A stretch of DNA of 64,000 bases from an uncultured Actinomycetes bacterium (GCA_963725665.1 CAVRZA010000004.1:512001-576000); one strand, 5' to 3'; shown: positions 18,643 to 31,850, counted from the first letter of the stretch. A program made the numbers and translations. Notes: generated by a model not told the origin, from the sequence alone.

Positions 18643-20319
18643 ATGACGGTGAGCGAGGGCGATAGAGGCGACACCCTGGGGCCGCGCGATCCCGACGCGG
18701 GGGTGAACGGGTCCGCGCCGCACACGACGGCCGCCGAGCGCGCCAAGCGGCTCGCCTGGGCGGCCGTCTTCGTGGCTTCAGCGACGGGGATCTCGCGCCT
18801 CGTCGGCGTCGCGCGCGAGATCCTCACCGCGAGCTCCTACGGCGTCTCGGCCGACATCGGCGTGTACGCCAGCGTGTCGGTGATCCCCAACCTTGTGCGC
18901 CAGCTCTTCGCCGATGCCGCCATCAGCGCGGCCTTCGTGCCCGTCTTCACCCAGCTCTTCAGCCGGGGCGAGAAGGAGCGCGCCTACCGCCTCGCCTCAT
19001 CGCTTCTGACCTTCATGATCGTCGTCGTCGGTGTCGTCGTCGCGCTTCTCGTGGTCGCCGCGCCGCTGCTGGTGCGCCTCGTCTACCCCGCGTTCGCCGA
19101 TCAAGCCGAACTCGATCGCCTGGCGACGCAGATGCTGCAGCTTCTGCTGCCGACCGTGCTCGTCTTCAGCGTGGCCGGCGTCATGATCGGCGTGCTCTAC
19201 GCCTACGAGCGCTTCGTCATGCCGGCGGTGGTGTCGATCGTCTGGAACCTCTTCATCATCGCCTTCCTGGTGTTCTTCTCGGCGCCCGGCTCACTGGGCA
19301 TCTACGCCCTCGTCCTGGGCACCCTGTGCGGCACCGTGGCGGAGCTCGTGCTGCTCATCGTCGCCGTGCGCCGTGTCGACCTCCACTGGTCGCTGTCGTT
19401 CCACTGGCGCGACTCGCTGCTGCGGCGCGTGCTCATCCTCATGGTGCCGGTCACGATCACCCTCGGCATCCTCAACTTCAACGCCCTCATCGACTTCGTG
19501 TTCGCGCAGTTCGTCAGCGTCGAGGCGTCGGCGCAGATCAACTACGCCTTCCGGCTCTATCAGCTCCCGCAGGGCATGTTCGCCATCACCATCGCCACGG
19601 TGCTCTTTCCCACGCTGTCACGCTTCGCGGCCCGCGACGACGTCGTCGGCGTACGCGACACCGTCTCGCTCGGGGTGCGGCAGATCCTCTTCGTCTCACT
19701 GCCCTTTGTGGCCTGGTTCGTCGTCGTCCCCGACGCCATCGTGAGGCTCATCTACCAGCACGGCAGCTTCACCGCCTCCGACACGGCGCTGGTAGCTCCC
19801 GTGCTCGCCTTCTTCACCCTGGGCATGCTCTTCGCCAACGCCAACATCATGTTCAACCGCGGCTTCCAGAGCCTGCAGCGGCCGTGGCTGCCGCTGTACG
19901 TGGGCCTCGCGAACCTGGGCCTGAACGCCCTGCTCGACTGGGCGCTCTACCGGCCGCTCGGTGCCCGCGGCATCGTCCTCTCGACGTCGCTCGTCTCGGC
20001 CTTCAACTTCGTCGCCCTGGTGTGGCTTCTGCGACGTCAGATCGGCCTCATCGACGGGCGCCGCATCGCCAGCGCCGCCGCGAGGATGGCCGTCGGCACT
20101 GCGGGACTGGCTCTCGTCAGCTTCGCGCTCTGGCGGGCGCTGCGTGGCTTCGCCGACGGTGGCCTGGCGCAGCTCCTCTTGACGGTCGTCGTCGTCTTCG
20201 CCGCCGGAGGACTCGTCTACCTCGCGGTGGCGCGTTTGCTACGTGTGGAGGAGCTGGGGGTGGTGCGCACCCTGCTGCGACGACGCGCGCGGCCGGTGCC
20301 GGAGGTCGATGCGACGTGA
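18643..20319 (+). CDS. murJ: Lipid II flippase MurJ
   Basis: SRLVGVARE, IPNLVRQLFADAAISAAFVPVF, YAFRLYQLPQGMF, TVLFPTLSR; about 14 TM helices. Confidence 0.95.
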   Translation: MTVSEGDRGDTLGPRDPDAGVNGSAPHTTAAERAKRLAWAAVFVASATGISRLVGVAREILTASSYGVSADIGVYASVSVIPNLVRQLFADAAISAAFVPVFTQLFSRGEKERAYRLASSLLTFMIVVVGVVVALLVVAAPLLVRLVYPAFADQAELDRLATQMLQLLLPTVLVFSVAGVMIGVLYAYERFVMPAVVSIVWNLFIIAFLVFFSAPGSLGIYALVLGTLCGTVAELVLLIVAVRRVDLHWSLSFHWRDSLLRRVLILMVPVTITLGILNFNALIDFVFAQFVSVEASAQINYAFRLYQLPQGMFAITIATVLFPTLSRFAARDDVVGVRDTVSLGVRQILFVSLPFVAWFVVVPDAIVRLIYQHGSFTASDTALVAPVLAFFTLGMLFANANIMFNRGFQSLQRPWLPLYVGLANLGLNALLDWALYRPLGARGIVLSTSLVSAFNFVALVWLLRRQIGLIDGRRIASAAARMAVGTAGLALVSFALWRALRGFADGGLAQLLLTVVVVFAAGGLVYLAVARLLRVEELGVVRTLLRRRARPVPEVDAT

Positions 20320-20355
20320 CGCTCGCGGGCAGTGTCCCTTTGCTACTCTAGAGGG

Positions 20356-20390
20356 GTGACCAGGTCCTTGCGCATCGCTGCCGCCCACTA

Positions 20391-20391
<1 letters not shown>
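20356..20391 (+). CDS. Putative leaderless 11-codon uORF ([11 protein letters not shown]) coupled to lepA
   Basis: TGcTACTCT (20341-20349) lies 6 nt before GTG 20356; its TAG overlaps the lepA GTG (TAGTG). Confidence 0.45.
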
Positions 20392-22201
<1,810 letters not shown>

Positions 22202-22205
<4 letters not shown>

Positions 22206-22852
22206 GAGAGGGGACTTTGGGGGATGCAAAGAGCCGGCCGTGTCTCGTCGCGCCGTCGGCGGAGCTGCGCGTCTCGTTCCTCTCCGCCCTCGCCGAGTAC
22301 CAAGGCGAGGGCAGGCTGCTGCACCTCGATGGCCTACGGCTCGCCGATGCGGCGACATTCGACCGCTATGTCGCCGCTCTGCGGCTCGAGGCCTTCGACG
22401 TGCGCGGGGCTTGGCGAGTCCTTGATGAGATCGGTCTCATGCCCTACGAGAACGTCGATTTGGCGCAGCTCGTCCCCGAGACGGTGCTGTGGTGGGCCGA
22501 GCGGCGCGAGTACCTGGGACGAATCAGCATCCGTCATCGGCTCAACGACGCGTTGATGCGCGAGGGCGGCAACATCGGCTACGACGTGAGGCCCAGCGTC
22601 AGGCGCCGCGGTCACGCCACGGCCATGCTGGCCGCGGCGCTGCCCCACGCCGCCCGTCTGGGCATCGACCGCGCGCGCATCGACTGTGACGTGAGCAACA
22701 TCGCCTCGCGGCGGGTCATCGAGAAGAACGGCGGCCTCTTCGAGAAGGAGGAGAAGGGCTCGCTGTACTTCTGGGTGCCGACCGGCGATGGGCGGGCGAC
22801 GGCCTTCGGGAGAGAGAGCGTTGGACCGGGTGGGGCGGCCGGCTGTGAGTGA
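22202..22852 (+). CDS. GNAT family N-acetyltransferase
   Basis: [11 protein letters not shown]...[19 protein letters not shown]...[13 protein letters not shown]; GTGA overlap with lepA. Confidence 0.9.
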
Positions 22853-24176
22853 CTCCGCGACGGAGGCGGCAGGGAAACCGGGACTGCGCGGCCTGCGACC
22901 GGACCCGCCGCGCCACCTCTACATCCACGTGCCGTTCTGCCGCGAGAAGTGCGACTACTGCGCCTTCTGCTCCGAGGCCGTGGGGGCGGTCGGCGAAGAC
23001 GCCCCGTGGCGTGCCGCCAGGCTCGAGCGGTTCATCGAGGCGGCGCACGCGGAGTGGGCGGCCGAGGCCGCCCGACAGCGCGTGCGCCGCCTCGAGACCG
23101 TCTACGTGGGCGGCGGCACGCCGTCGCTCCTGGAGGAGGAGGGCTTGGAGCGGCTCCTGGCGCCGCTCCTCGCCGCTCGGTCGCCGTGGGAGCCCCGTCT
23201 GCCCCTACTGACCGAGCACGCTGAGGTCAGCGTCGAGACCAATCCTGAGGATGTGAGCGAGGGGTACGCCGCGTGGGCGGCGGCGCGCCGCGTGCGCGTC
23301 TCGCTCGGCGTGCAGAGCTTCGACCGGCGCCTGCGCGAGACGCTGGGTCGGCGCGCCGCCGCCGATCCCGCCGCGGCTTTCGATCGCCTGCGCGCCGCCG
23401 GTGTCTCGAATCTGAGCGTCGATCTCATCTTCGGCATCCCCGGCCAGACACCGGCCGACATCGATCGCGAGCTCGATGCGGTGGCCGCGCTGGGTCCCGA
23501 CCACGTCTCCTGGTACGAGCTCGACTTCGTTGCGGGCGCGCGCCTGGCGCGCAGGCTCGCCGCTGATGACGGGGCCGGCGAGGAGCAGGCCGAGCTCTAT
23601 CGTCGCATCGTCGCCGGCCTGGGACGGCTGGGCTACGACTGGTATGAGGTGAGCAACTTCGCCCGGTCCGGCAAGCGCTCGCGGCACAACCTCGCCTGCT
23701 GGCGGGGGCGGCCGTACCTCGGCCTCGGTCCGTCGGCGGTGAGTACGGTCGGCGAACAGCGCTGGCGCAACGTTGCCGACGTCGAACGCTACCTGCGGGC
23801 CTGGGCGCCGCGGCCTTCGGCACGAGGCGTCGGTGGCCGGCCGCCTCTGGCTCGGCCACCTCTGGCTCGTCAACCGCGGTCAACCAGCTCTCAGGTGAAC
23901 CCTGGTGTGGTTGACGAGGAGGTCCCTCTTCGCGAGATGGAGCTCCTCGACGCGGCCACGCGCGCCCGCGAGCGGCTGTTCTTGGCGGCGCGCATCGGCG
24001 CCCGGGTCGAGCTCTCCGAGCTCGACCCGGCGCTCGACAGGGCCGCCCTGCAGCCGCTCGCGGGCGCTGGATTCATTTCCCTGCACGGTGGTACACTTTG
24101 TGTGACGCGAAAGGGACGCTACGTGGCGAACGAGGTCTGCGTGCGGCTTTTTCGCGACTACTTTTCTGGGGGATAG
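22845..24176 (+). CDS. hemW: Radical SAM heme chaperone HemW (HemN-like)
   Basis: LYIHVPFCREKCDYCAF, YVGGGTPS, SLGVQSF, DLIFGIPGQT, YEVSNFAR, HN; lepA-hemW-hrcA synteny. Confidence 0.9.
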   Translation: MSDSATEAAGKPGLRGLRPDPPRHLYIHVPFCREKCDYCAFCSEAVGAVGEDAPWRAARLERFIEAAHAEWAAEAARQRVRRLETVYVGGGTPSLLEEEGLERLLAPLLAARSPWEPRLPLLTEHAEVSVETNPEDVSEGYAAWAAARRVRVSLGVQSFDRRLRETLGRRAAADPAAAFDRLRAAGVSNLSVDLIFGIPGQTPADIDRELDAVAALGPDHVSWYELDFVAGARLARRLAADDGAGEEQAELYRRIVAGLGRLGYDWYEVSNFARSGKRSRHNLACWRGRPYLGLGPSAVSTVGEQRWRNVADVERYLRAWAPRPSARGVGGRPPLARPPLARQPRSTSSQVNPGVVDEEVPLREMELLDAATRARERLFLAARIGARVELSELDPALDRAALQPLAGAGFISLHGGTLCVTRKGRYVANEVCVRLFRDYFSGG

Positions 24177-24177
24177 A

Positions 24178-25200
24178 TTGGCTCTGAAGCCGAGACAGGA
24201 GACAGTCCTGCGCGCGGTGGTAGAGGAGTACATCGCCTCGGGGTCCCCCGTCGGCTCGAAGTATCTGACCGAGAGCTACGATCTCGACGTGGCCCCCTCC
24301 ACCATCCGCAACGACCTCGCCGAGCTCGAGGAGCTCGGATTGCTCGCGCACCCGCATACCTCCGCGGGAAGGGTGCCCACCGACGAGGGTTACCGGCACT
24401 ACCTCGAGGCCATCGTCGACGAGTGGCGCAGGGGGCCGGCTCCCGAGTTCTCGATCCAACGCGAGCTCATGCGCAGTGAGATCGACGAGGCGCTGCAGGA
24501 GACGGCCGAGGCTCTGTCACGCATCACCGAGCTCCTGGCGGTGATCTCCTCGCCCTCGCTGACGGGCACGACGATCAAGCATGTCGAAGTGCTGCGCCTG
24601 CAGCCGCACCTCGTGATGGTCGTCCTCATCACGACGGCCGGTCGCGTCAGCAAGCGCGTCTTCTCGTTCGAGCAGTCGGTCGACGAAGGTCTCGTTGACT
24701 ACGCCCGCGTGTACCTCAACGAGCGCCTCACCGGCGTCCGGCTCGGCACGCGTCTGATCGACTCGTCGCTCAACGCGCCCGATCTGGGGCCCACCGAGCA
24801 GCGCTTCTTGAGCACGATCGTCCCCGCGTTCAGAGTGGTCGCCGCAGAGGACGCGCGCGCGCTCCACATCGGCGGCACCGCGCGCCTGCTCGAGCGGCTC
24901 AGCGCGCAGGGCGTGACCAACCTCAACGAGCTCCTCGGCGCCCTCGAGGAGCGCTACAACCTGCTCGAGCTGCTCTACGGCGCTCTGCGCGCCGACGACG
25001 TCTACCTGCGCATCGGGCACGAGCTCGGCGAGCCGTCCTTGCAGGCTTGCTCACTGGTCGCAGCGAACTACGGTGTGGCCAACCGCAACCTCGGCACGGT
25101 GAGCGTCCTGGGCCCGACGCGGATGGACTACCAGCGGGTCATCAGCACCGTGCGCGCGGCCGCCGGCAGCCTCAGCGAGCTGCTCGAAGAGATCTGGTGA
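24178..25200 (+). CDS. hrcA: Heat-inducible transcription repressor HrcA
   Basis: [14 protein letters not shown]...[44 protein letters not shown]. Confidence 0.96.
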   Translation: MALKPRQETVLRAVVEEYIASGSPVGSKYLTESYDLDVAPSTIRNDLAELEELGLLAHPHTSAGRVPTDEGYRHYLEAIVDEWRRGPAPEFSIQRELMRSEIDEALQETAEALSRITELLAVISSPSLTGTTIKHVEVLRLQPHLVMVVLITTAGRVSKRVFSFEQSVDEGLVDYARVYLNERLTGVRLGTRLIDSSLNAPDLGPTEQRFLSTIVPAFRVVAAEDARALHIGGTARLLERLSAQGVTNLNELLGALEERYNLLELLYGALRADDVYLRIGHELGEPSLQACSLVAANYGVANRNLGTVSVLGPTRMDYQRVISTVRAAAGSLSELLEEIW

Positions 25201-25234
25201 GGGCGCGGCCCTTCCGGCGCGCGGCGAGAGGCGC

Positions 25235-26383
25235 ATGAAGCGAGACTACTACGACGTGCTCGGCGTCGACCGCGGCGCCGGCGAGACTGAGATCAAGAAG
25301 GCCTTCCGCAAGCTGGCCCGGCAGCTGCATCCCGACGTCAACCGAGACGACCCCGAGGCCGAGGCCAAGTTCAAGGAGGCGGCCGAAGCCTACGAGGTGC
25401 TCTCCAACGACGACACGCGGGCCGTGTACGACCGCTACGGCTTCGACGGTCTGCGCGGGCGTCCGATGACCGACTTCGCGCACATCGACTTTGCCGATCT
25501 CTTCGGCGCCTTCTTCGGCGGCGACGTCTTCGGGTCGGTGCTCCGCGACGCCGGGGCGGCCGGACCCTGGGGGGCCGCCGGAGGACCCGCGCCGCGGGGT
25601 GAGGACATCCATGCCGCCGTCGAGCTCGATCTGCGCGAGGCGGTCTTCGGCGTCACCAGGGAGATTGCCGTGAAGGGCGACGTCGCCTGCGAGGCGTGTT
25701 CGGGCTCGGGCGCGACGCCGGGAACGGGCCGCGAGACGTGCCCGCAGTGCCGGGGCAGCGGACGCATGCGTGAGGTGAGCAGCATCGGCGGCTTCGGGCA
25801 GTTCATCCGCACGAGCACCTGTTCTCTCTGCCGCGGGCAGGGGACGATCGTCAAGGACCCGTGCGCGACGTGCCGGGGCACGGGCAAGCAGCGCAAGGAG
25901 CGCACGATCTCGGTCGAGATTCCGGCGGGGATCGACGACGGGCAGCGCCTGCGCCTCTCGGGGGAGGGCGGCGCCGGCGGCGCCGGCGCGCGTCCCGGGG
26001 ACCTCTACGTGGCCGTCAAGGTGCGGCCCGACGAGCACTTCGTGCGCGACGGCGACGACCTCGTCTATCGGCTCGACGTGAACATGATAGAGGCGGCCCT
26101 GGGGACCAAGACGCGGGTGGAGGCCTTCGACGGCGATATCGAGGTATCGCTTCCCGCCGGCACGCAGCCGGGGGAGGTGCGCGTCTACCGCAACCGCGGC
26201 GTCCCGGCCCTCCACGGGTACGGTCGCGGTGACCTGAAGATCGTCGTCAACGTCGCCGTGCCGCGTCATCTGAGCGACGAGCAGCGCGATCTGTTGAACC
26301 GTCTGGCCGAGCTCATGACGGCCAAGAACTTCGAGGCCGACGAGAGCTTCTTCGACAAGGTGAGGGCCGTCTTCAGGCAATGA
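25235..26383 (+). CDS. dnaJ: Chaperone DnaJ
   Basis: J domain with HPD and four CxxCxGxG repeats. Confidence 0.97.
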   Translation: MKRDYYDVLGVDRGAGETEIKKAFRKLARQLHPDVNRDDPEAEAKFKEAAEAYEVLSNDDTRAVYDRYGFDGLRGRPMTDFAHIDFADLFGAFFGGDVFGSVLRDAGAAGPWGAAGGPAPRGEDIHAAVELDLREAVFGVTREIAVKGDVACEACSGSGATPGTGRETCPQCRGSGRMREVSSIGGFGQFIRTSTCSLCRGQGTIVKDPCATCRGTGKQRKERTISVEIPAGIDDGQRLRLSGEGGAGGAGARPGDLYVAVKVRPDEHFVRDGDDLVYRLDVNMIEAALGTKTRVEAFDGDIEVSLPAGTQPGEVRVYRNRGVPALHGYGRGDLKIVVNVAVPRHLSDEQRDLLNRLAELMTAKNFEADESFFDKVRAVFRQ

Positions 26384-27237
26384 CCGCCGACGTTCCGTTC
26401 ACGCGCTGCACCCTTGAGACTAGTGGCGAAGACTATGACCGCGTCGTCGCCGCGCTGCTCGACCTGCCCATCTCGGGCTGGCAGGAGGCCGAGGGCACGT
26501 TCACGTTCTGGGTGCCGCAGGACGAGGAGGCCAGCGAGCCCACGCTGGGGCGACTGTCGGCGCTGCGCGGGCTGGGCAAGTTGTGGTGCGAGCCTGAGCA
26601 GAGCGGCTGGGAGGAACGCTGGCGGCGCCTGCACCACGCGGTGACCGTGGGACGCGTGAGGGTCCGTCCGCAGTGGGTGCCTCCCGACGTCGGCACGCTC
26701 GACGTGGCCATCGACATCGGCATGGCGTTCGGCACCGGCGCCCACGTGACGACGCGGCAGTGCCTCGACGAACTACAGCGCCTCCCTCTGGGCTCACTTC
26801 TCGACGTGGGCACGGGCTCGGGCGTCCTCGCCATCGCCGCGGTACGCCTCGGGTTCGGCCCCGTCTACGGGCTCGACCACGACGGCACCGCGCTGTCGCA
26901 GGCGGAGCGCAACAGGCGGCTGAACGAGGTCGACCTCTTCCTCCTGCTGGCGGACGTCTGTGACCCCACCGTCGAGCTTCCCGTCACCGACGCCGTGGCG
27001 GCGAACATCGCCCTCAAGCCCCTCGTGGGGCTCGGCGGGCTGTACGCCCGGGCGGGGGAGCAGGGGAGACCGCGGCCGCGGCATATCGTCCTCGGCGGCC
27101 TGCTCGAGGAGCAGGTCGACGAGGCGCTGGCTGCGTTCGGCGGCTACGAGCTGGTCGGCCGCAAGAGCGAAGCTGGCTGGGCGCTCCTGAGGCTGATGAT
27201 GAGCGGGGCCGGCAAGGCCGAGGGGCCGACGCCGTGA
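26380..27237 (+). CDS. prmA: Ribosomal protein L11 methyltransferase
   Basis: [31 protein letters not shown]. Confidence 0.9.
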   Translation: MTADVPFTRCTLETSGEDYDRVVAALLDLPISGWQEAEGTFTFWVPQDEEASEPTLGRLSALRGLGKLWCEPEQSGWEERWRRLHHAVTVGRVRVRPQWVPPDVGTLDVAIDIGMAFGTGAHVTTRQCLDELQRLPLGSLLDVGTGSGVLAIAAVRLGFGPVYGLDHDGTALSQAERNRRLNEVDLFLLLADVCDPTVELPVTDAVAANIALKPLVGLGGLYARAGEQGRPRPRHIVLGGLLEEQVDEALAAFGGYELVGRKSEAGWALLRLMMSGAGKAEGPTP

Positions 27238-28478
27238 CGACGTATACGACCGCCTTCGTCGGCTGCAAAGTGAGCCAGGCCGACTGTGAGGCGGCCGCGA
27301 GCAGGCTCGCGGCCGCCGGTCTCGAGCCCGCACAGGGAGACGAGGCCGACGTCGCGCTCGTCATGAGCTGCTGTGTCACGGCGGAGGCCGAACGCAAGTC
27401 TCGTCGGCTGGCCCACCGCTTCGCGCGGCGAGGTGCGCGTGTCGTGGTCGCCGGCTGCGCCTCGCGACTACGTCCGGAGCAGTTCCGCTTTCCGGGGGTC
27501 ACCCCGCTCGACGAGCCGTCGGCAGACGGAGCGCTCGCGCGGGCCCGGACGGGCTACGAGCACGGCGGTGGCGAAGGCGAGCCGGCGCCGCGCCGCACAC
27601 GCCTTGTGCTCAAGATCCAGGACGGGTGCTCTCAGACGTGCAGCTACTGCGCCGTGCGCCTGGTCCGCGGCGCGCCGGTGAGCCTGCCGCTGACCGACGC
27701 GCTCGAGCAAGCCCGGCGTGGCGTGACGAACGGCTGCGGCGAGGTCGTCCTCACAGGTGTGGACCTGGGCGCCTATCGCGACGTGGCGAGCGGCGCCGAC
27801 CTCGCCGAGGCCGTCGCGGCGCTTTGCGCTCTTCCCGGCCTGCGCCGCGTACGCCTCTCGTCGCTCGAACCCGGCCATCTCACGCCGAGGCTCGTGGACG
27901 CTCTCGCCCACGAGCGCGTGGCGCGCCACCTGCACGTGCCGCTGCAGTCGGCGGACGACCGGGTGCTGGCCGACATGGCTCGCCCGGACGCGTTCGCCGA
28001 CTACCTGCGACTGATCGTGCGAGCGCGCGAGGCGCTCGGCGACGTCGCCGTGAGCACCGACGTCATCGTCGGCTACCCCACCGAGGGCGAGGAGGCGTTC
28101 GCACATACGCTGGCGGCGATCGACGGTCGGGGCGGACCAGGCGGCGGGGTCGGCCTCTTCGAACGCGTCCACGTCTTCCCATACTCACGTCGCCCAGGGA
28201 CGCCGGCCGAGGCGCTCGACGAGCTCGACCCGGCGGTGGTGAAGGAGCGCGTGGGCCGCGCGCTGGGCGTCGCGCGCGACGCCCAGCGCGCGGCCCACCG
28301 GCGCCGCCTCGGCCAAACGGCCGAGGTCCTTCTCGAGGAGCGCCGCGACGGCCTCTGGCGCGGGTACAGCTCGCACTACGTGCGTTACTACCTCGAGGGC
28401 GACGGCGCGCGCGGCGAGCTGGTGAGCGCGGTCGGCGACGAGGCGTTCGCCGACGGGCTCAAGGGCAGGATCGTGTGA
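27234..28478 (+). CDS. mtaB: Radical SAM methylthiotransferase (MtaB-like)
   Basis: GCKVSQAD, SCCVT, AGC, LKIQDGCSQTCSYC, RLSSLEP, HLHVPLQS, HVFPYSRRPGTPA; position after prmA. Confidence 0.85.
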   Translation: MTTYTTAFVGCKVSQADCEAAASRLAAAGLEPAQGDEADVALVMSCCVTAEAERKSRRLAHRFARRGARVVVAGCASRLRPEQFRFPGVTPLDEPSADGALARARTGYEHGGGEGEPAPRRTRLVLKIQDGCSQTCSYCAVRLVRGAPVSLPLTDALEQARRGVTNGCGEVVLTGVDLGAYRDVASGADLAEAVAALCALPGLRRVRLSSLEPGHLTPRLVDALAHERVARHLHVPLQSADDRVLADMARPDAFADYLRLIVRAREALGDVAVSTDVIVGYPTEGEEAFAHTLAAIDGRGGPGGGVGLFERVHVFPYSRRPGTPAEALDELDPAVVKERVGRALGVARDAQRAAHRRRLGQTAEVLLEERRDGLWRGYSSHYVRYYLEGDGARGELVSAVGDEAFADGLKGRIV

Positions 28479-28557
28479 GCGCTCGCCTACGCCGCGCCGC
28501 CGCCGGCCCCCTGCGTTTGCGGAGAAGAACCTCGAAGCGGCACGAAGGAGGCGGGCG

Positions 28558-29031
28558 ATGAGCGCGCAGTACATGGGTCGGGGGGGCCTGATCGAGCGCC
28601 TCCAGGGCGAGGCCATGGCGGCGCTCAAGGGCGGCGACCGGCGCCGCGCCGAGGCGCTGCGCCTCATCGTCGCGGCCCTCAAGCACGAGCGCACGCAGGG
28701 CACGCGGCACGACCTCTCCGAGCAGGAGGAGCTCGCCGTGCTCAAACGCGAACGCAAGCGGCGGCGGGAGGCGGCCGAGGTCTACGAAGGGGCGGGGAGG
28801 GCCGAGCAGGCCGAGCAGGAGCGCTACGAGGAGGCCATCATCGAGTCCTACCTTCCGGAGGAGCTCTCCGACGAGGAGCTGACGCGGCTCGTCGACGAGG
28901 CCATCGCTAGCACCGGGGCTTCTTCGGTCAAGGAGATGGGCATGGTGATAGGCACGGTGATGAGGGCGGTCGCGGGACGCGCCGACGGCGGACGCGTGAG
29001 CGCCCTGGTGCGCGCTAAGCTTGGTGCGTAG
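28558..29031 (+). CDS. yqeY: GatB/YqeY domain protein
   Basis: AMAALKGGD, KRERKRRREA, YLPEELSDEEL, KEMGMVIG..M...GRADG. Confidence 0.92.
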   Translation: MSAQYMGRGGLIERLQGEAMAALKGGDRRRAEALRLIVAALKHERTQGTRHDLSEQEELAVLKRERKRRREAAEVYEGAGRAEQAEQERYEEAIIESYLPEELSDEELTRLVDEAIASTGASSVKEMGMVIGTVMRAVAGRADGGRVSALVRAKLGA

Positions 29032-29109
29032 CTCGCAGGTCTGAATGCTTGAGAAGGAACGTGTGACGCGAACGAGAACCCTGCCTGAAGGAGGCGACGG
29101 ACACCGACG

Positions 29110-30078
29110 GTGAAGACCACGATCGATCTCGGCGACAACGCCACCGCGCTCGCGCTCGCCGGCGAGCACGACGCTCATCTGAGGGTCCTCGAGAAGGCGC
29201 TCGCCTGTGACCTGATCTTGCGTGGCAACCAGCTCATCCTCGACGGCGACGCCGGCGACGTCGAGAAGGCCGCCGGCGTCGTCGGTGAGCTCCTGCAGGT
29301 CATCGGCTCCGGCAGGCCGGTCAACGCCCCGATGGTCGAGTCGCTGGTCGACATCGCCGTGAGCGAGAACGGCCGCGCGGCCGAGGTCTACGGTGATGTC
29401 GTCTGGACCCACCGCGACCGCCAGATCGGACCGCGTACGAGCCACCAGAAGCGCTACGTCGACGCCATCCGCGCCAAGACGATCACCTTCGGCATCGGGC
29501 CCGCTGGTACCGGCAAGACTTACTTGGCTACGGCCATGGCCGTGGCTGCCCTCTTCTCGAAGCAGGTCGGCCGCATCATCCTCACGCGCCCGGCGGTCGA
29601 GGCGGGGGAGAGCCTCGGCTACCTGCCGGGCACCGTGCTGGAGAAGGTCGACCCGTACTTCAGGCCGCTCTACGACGCTCTCTACGACATGATGGACGCC
29701 GGGCGCCTGCAGAGCCTGATGGACAAGGGCGAGATCGAGATCGCCCCGCTGGCCTTCATGCGCGGGCGCACGCTCAACGACTCCTTCATCATCCTCGACG
29801 AGGCGCAGAACACGAGCCCCGAGCAGATGAAGATGTTCCTCACCCGGCTGGGCTTCGGCTCCAAGATGGTGGTCACCGGAGACATCACACAGATCGACCT
29901 GCCGGGCGGCCGCACCTCGGGCCTGGTGCTTGTCGGCGACGTGCTGAACGAGATCGGCGACATCGAGTTCGTGCGCTTCGACAGCCGCGACGTGGTGCGC
30001 CACAAGCTGGTACAGAGCATCGTGGCCGCCTACAAGGAGTACGGCGAGCGGCAGCAGGGCGGGGAGAACGGCCCGTGA
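29110..30078 (+). CDS. phoH: PhoH-like ATPase
   Basis: GPAGTGKTY, RPAVEAGESLGYLPG, APLAFMRGRT, DEAQN, GDITQIDL. Confidence 0.95.
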   Translation: MKTTIDLGDNATALALAGEHDAHLRVLEKALACDLILRGNQLILDGDAGDVEKAAGVVGELLQVIGSGRPVNAPMVESLVDIAVSENGRAAEVYGDVVWTHRDRQIGPRTSHQKRYVDAIRAKTITFGIGPAGTGKTYLATAMAVAALFSKQVGRIILTRPAVEAGESLGYLPGTVLEKVDPYFRPLYDALYDMMDAGRLQSLMDKGEIEIAPLAFMRGRTLNDSFIILDEAQNTSPEQMKMFLTRLGFGSKMVVTGDITQIDLPGGRTSGLVLVGDVLNEIGDIEFVRFDSRDVVRHKLVQSIVAAYKEYGERQQGGENGP

Positions 30079-30097
30079 CCGGTCGAGCCGGCGGGAG

Positions 30098-30607
30098 ATG
30101 AGCGAAGCGCTGCAGATCGAGGTGCGCAACGACACGCGCTACAGCGTCGATACGGCGGCCGTGGCCGCCCTGGCGCGCGGCGTGCTGCGCGCCGAGGGTG
30201 TGACGGCCGCCGAGCTCGGCGTCGGCTTCGTCGGCGAGCTGCGCATGCGCTCCCTGAACCGGGTCCACCTGAGCTCCGACTACGTCACCGACGTCCTGGC
30301 CTTCCCGCTCGAAGGGCCAGACGAGAGCGCGGAGGGGGCCGCGGCCGGCCCGGGGACGAAGTCCGCCGGCCTCGAGGACGTCCCGAGGCTCCTCGGCGAT
30401 GTCGTGGTGTGCCTGAAGCGGGCTGAGCGGCAGGCCGCCGCAGCCGGCCTGCCGCTCAGCCTCGAGACGGCCGTCCTTCTGGTGCACGGCGTCCTGCACG
30501 TTCTCGGTCACGACCACGAGACCGACGCCGGCGAGATGGCGCTGCGCCAGGCCGAGATCCTCGGGTCGCTCGCCTGGGACGGCCTCGTGGCCGCGCCGCC
30601 GGCCTGA
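30098..30607 (+). CDS. ybeY: rRNA maturation endoribonuclease YbeY
   Basis: TDVLAFP, LGDVVVC, HGVLHVLGHDH. Confidence 0.95.
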   Translation: MSEALQIEVRNDTRYSVDTAAVAALARGVLRAEGVTAAELGVGFVGELRMRSLNRVHLSSDYVTDVLAFPLEGPDESAEGAAAGPGTKSAGLEDVPRLLGDVVVCLKRAERQAAAAGLPLSLETAVLLVHGVLHVLGHDHETDAGEMALRQAEILGSLAWDGLVAAPPA

Positions 30608-30621
30608 CGGCGGGTGCGAGG

Positions 30622-31347
30622 GTGCCCGACCGTCGCCAGCAGAGCCTGCTGCAGAGCTTCAACTACGCCTTCGACGGCATCGTCCTCGTGCTGCGTCAGC
30701 AGCGCAACATGCAGATCCACTTCGGGGTGGCCATCGGCGTCATCGTCGCCAGCTTCTTCTTCCAGCTCACCCGCCTCGAGCTGATCGCCCTCTTCACGGC
30801 CATCGCCTTCGTGCTCATCACGGAGATGCTGAACTCGGCCATCGAGCACGCCATCGACACCTTCTCCACGGACTACGACCCCTCGGCCAAGATCGCCAAG
30901 GACGTGGCCGCGGGAGCGGTGCTGATCGCCACCGTCAATGCTCTCGCCGTCGGCTACCTGATCTTCTATCAGCGCGTCGCCAGTACGCCGTACACCATCC
31001 TGCAGAGCGTGCGCCAGTCGCCCATCGACGTCACCGTCGTCGCCCTCGTCCTCGTCATCCTGCTCGTCATCGCCGTGAAGGCGCTCCTGGGCCGCGGCAC
31101 GGCGTTGCGCGGCGGTTTGCCCTCCGGCCACGCGGCCCTAGCCTTCGGCGGCTGGGTCGCGGTGACGTTCATCGCCACGGGGACGGCCTACGCGCTGCCC
31201 ATCTCGTTGATCGCCCTGGCCATGGCCGTTCTCACCGCGCAGAGCCGCGCGCAGGAGGGCGTCCACAGCCTGCTCGAGGTCGCCCTTGGAGCGATGCTCG
31301 GCATCGCCGTCGCGGTGCTCATCTTCAGGCTCTTCTACCGAGCATGA
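30622..31347 (+). CDS. dgkA: Diacylglycerol/undecaprenol kinase fused to a PAP2-like domain
   Basis: SFNYAFDG, EMLNSAIE, AKDVAAGAV; C-terminal GGLPSGH and SRAQEGVHS. Confidence 0.9.
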   Translation: MPDRRQQSLLQSFNYAFDGIVLVLRQQRNMQIHFGVAIGVIVASFFFQLTRLELIALFTAIAFVLITEMLNSAIEHAIDTFSTDYDPSAKIAKDVAAGAVLIATVNALAVGYLIFYQRVASTPYTILQSVRQSPIDVTVVALVLVILLVIAVKALLGRGTALRGGLPSGHAALAFGGWVAVTFIATGTAYALPISLIALAMAVLTAQSRAQEGVHSLLEVALGAMLGIAVAVLIFRLFYRA

Positions 31348-31850
31348 ACGAGGGCAGGAGAAACCCACGGGGACGGCCGCCGACCGCGGCCGAGCAGCAG
31401 CTTTTCGGCGAGGCCGAGTCCGTCGCGGCCAACGCCTACGCGCCGTACTCCGGCTACAAGGTGGGTGCGGCCGCGACGGGGCCTGTCGGCCGCCCCCACC
31501 TCGGCGTCAACGTCGAGAACGCGTCGTTTCCCACCGGCCTCTGCGCGGAGCGCGTCGCCCTGGGCGCCGCAGTGGTCGCCGGCGAGCGCGCTCTCACGGC
31601 CGTCGCTGTGGCGACGGCCGACGGGCGCGACGCCGTCCCCTGCGGCGCCTGCCTGCAGGCCCTGGCCGAGCTCGGCGACCCCGATGTCGTCTTTCGTCTC
31701 GGCGGGGAGCTGGGCGTGCTCGCCCTGCACGAGCTGCTCACGTCGCCGTTCGCAGCGCTCGCGCCGGCCGACGCCGTCGCCGACCGGCACTCGCCAGAAC
31801 GCCCCGCCGCCGGTGAGGGCGCGCCGCCGCGATCGGGAGACGAGGAGTGA
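31344..31850 (+). CDS. cdd: Cytidine deaminase
   Basis: NAYAPYSGYKVGAA, GVNVENAS, CAER, PCGAC. Confidence 0.93.
   Translation: MNEGRRNPRGRPPTAAEQQLFGEAESVAANAYAPYSGYKVGAAATGPVGRPHLGVNVENASFPTGLCAERVALGAAVVAGERALTAVAVATADGRDAVPCGACLQALAELGDPDVVFRLGGELGVLALHELLTSPFAALAPADAVADRHSPERPAAGEGAPPRSGDEE

Noticed and set aside
24000-25235. CIRCE operator near hrcA/dnaJ
   Set aside because: No TTAGCACTC-N9-GAGTGCTAA-like inverted repeat was found here; GAGTGCTCA near 45926 is only a half-site in a convergent gap.
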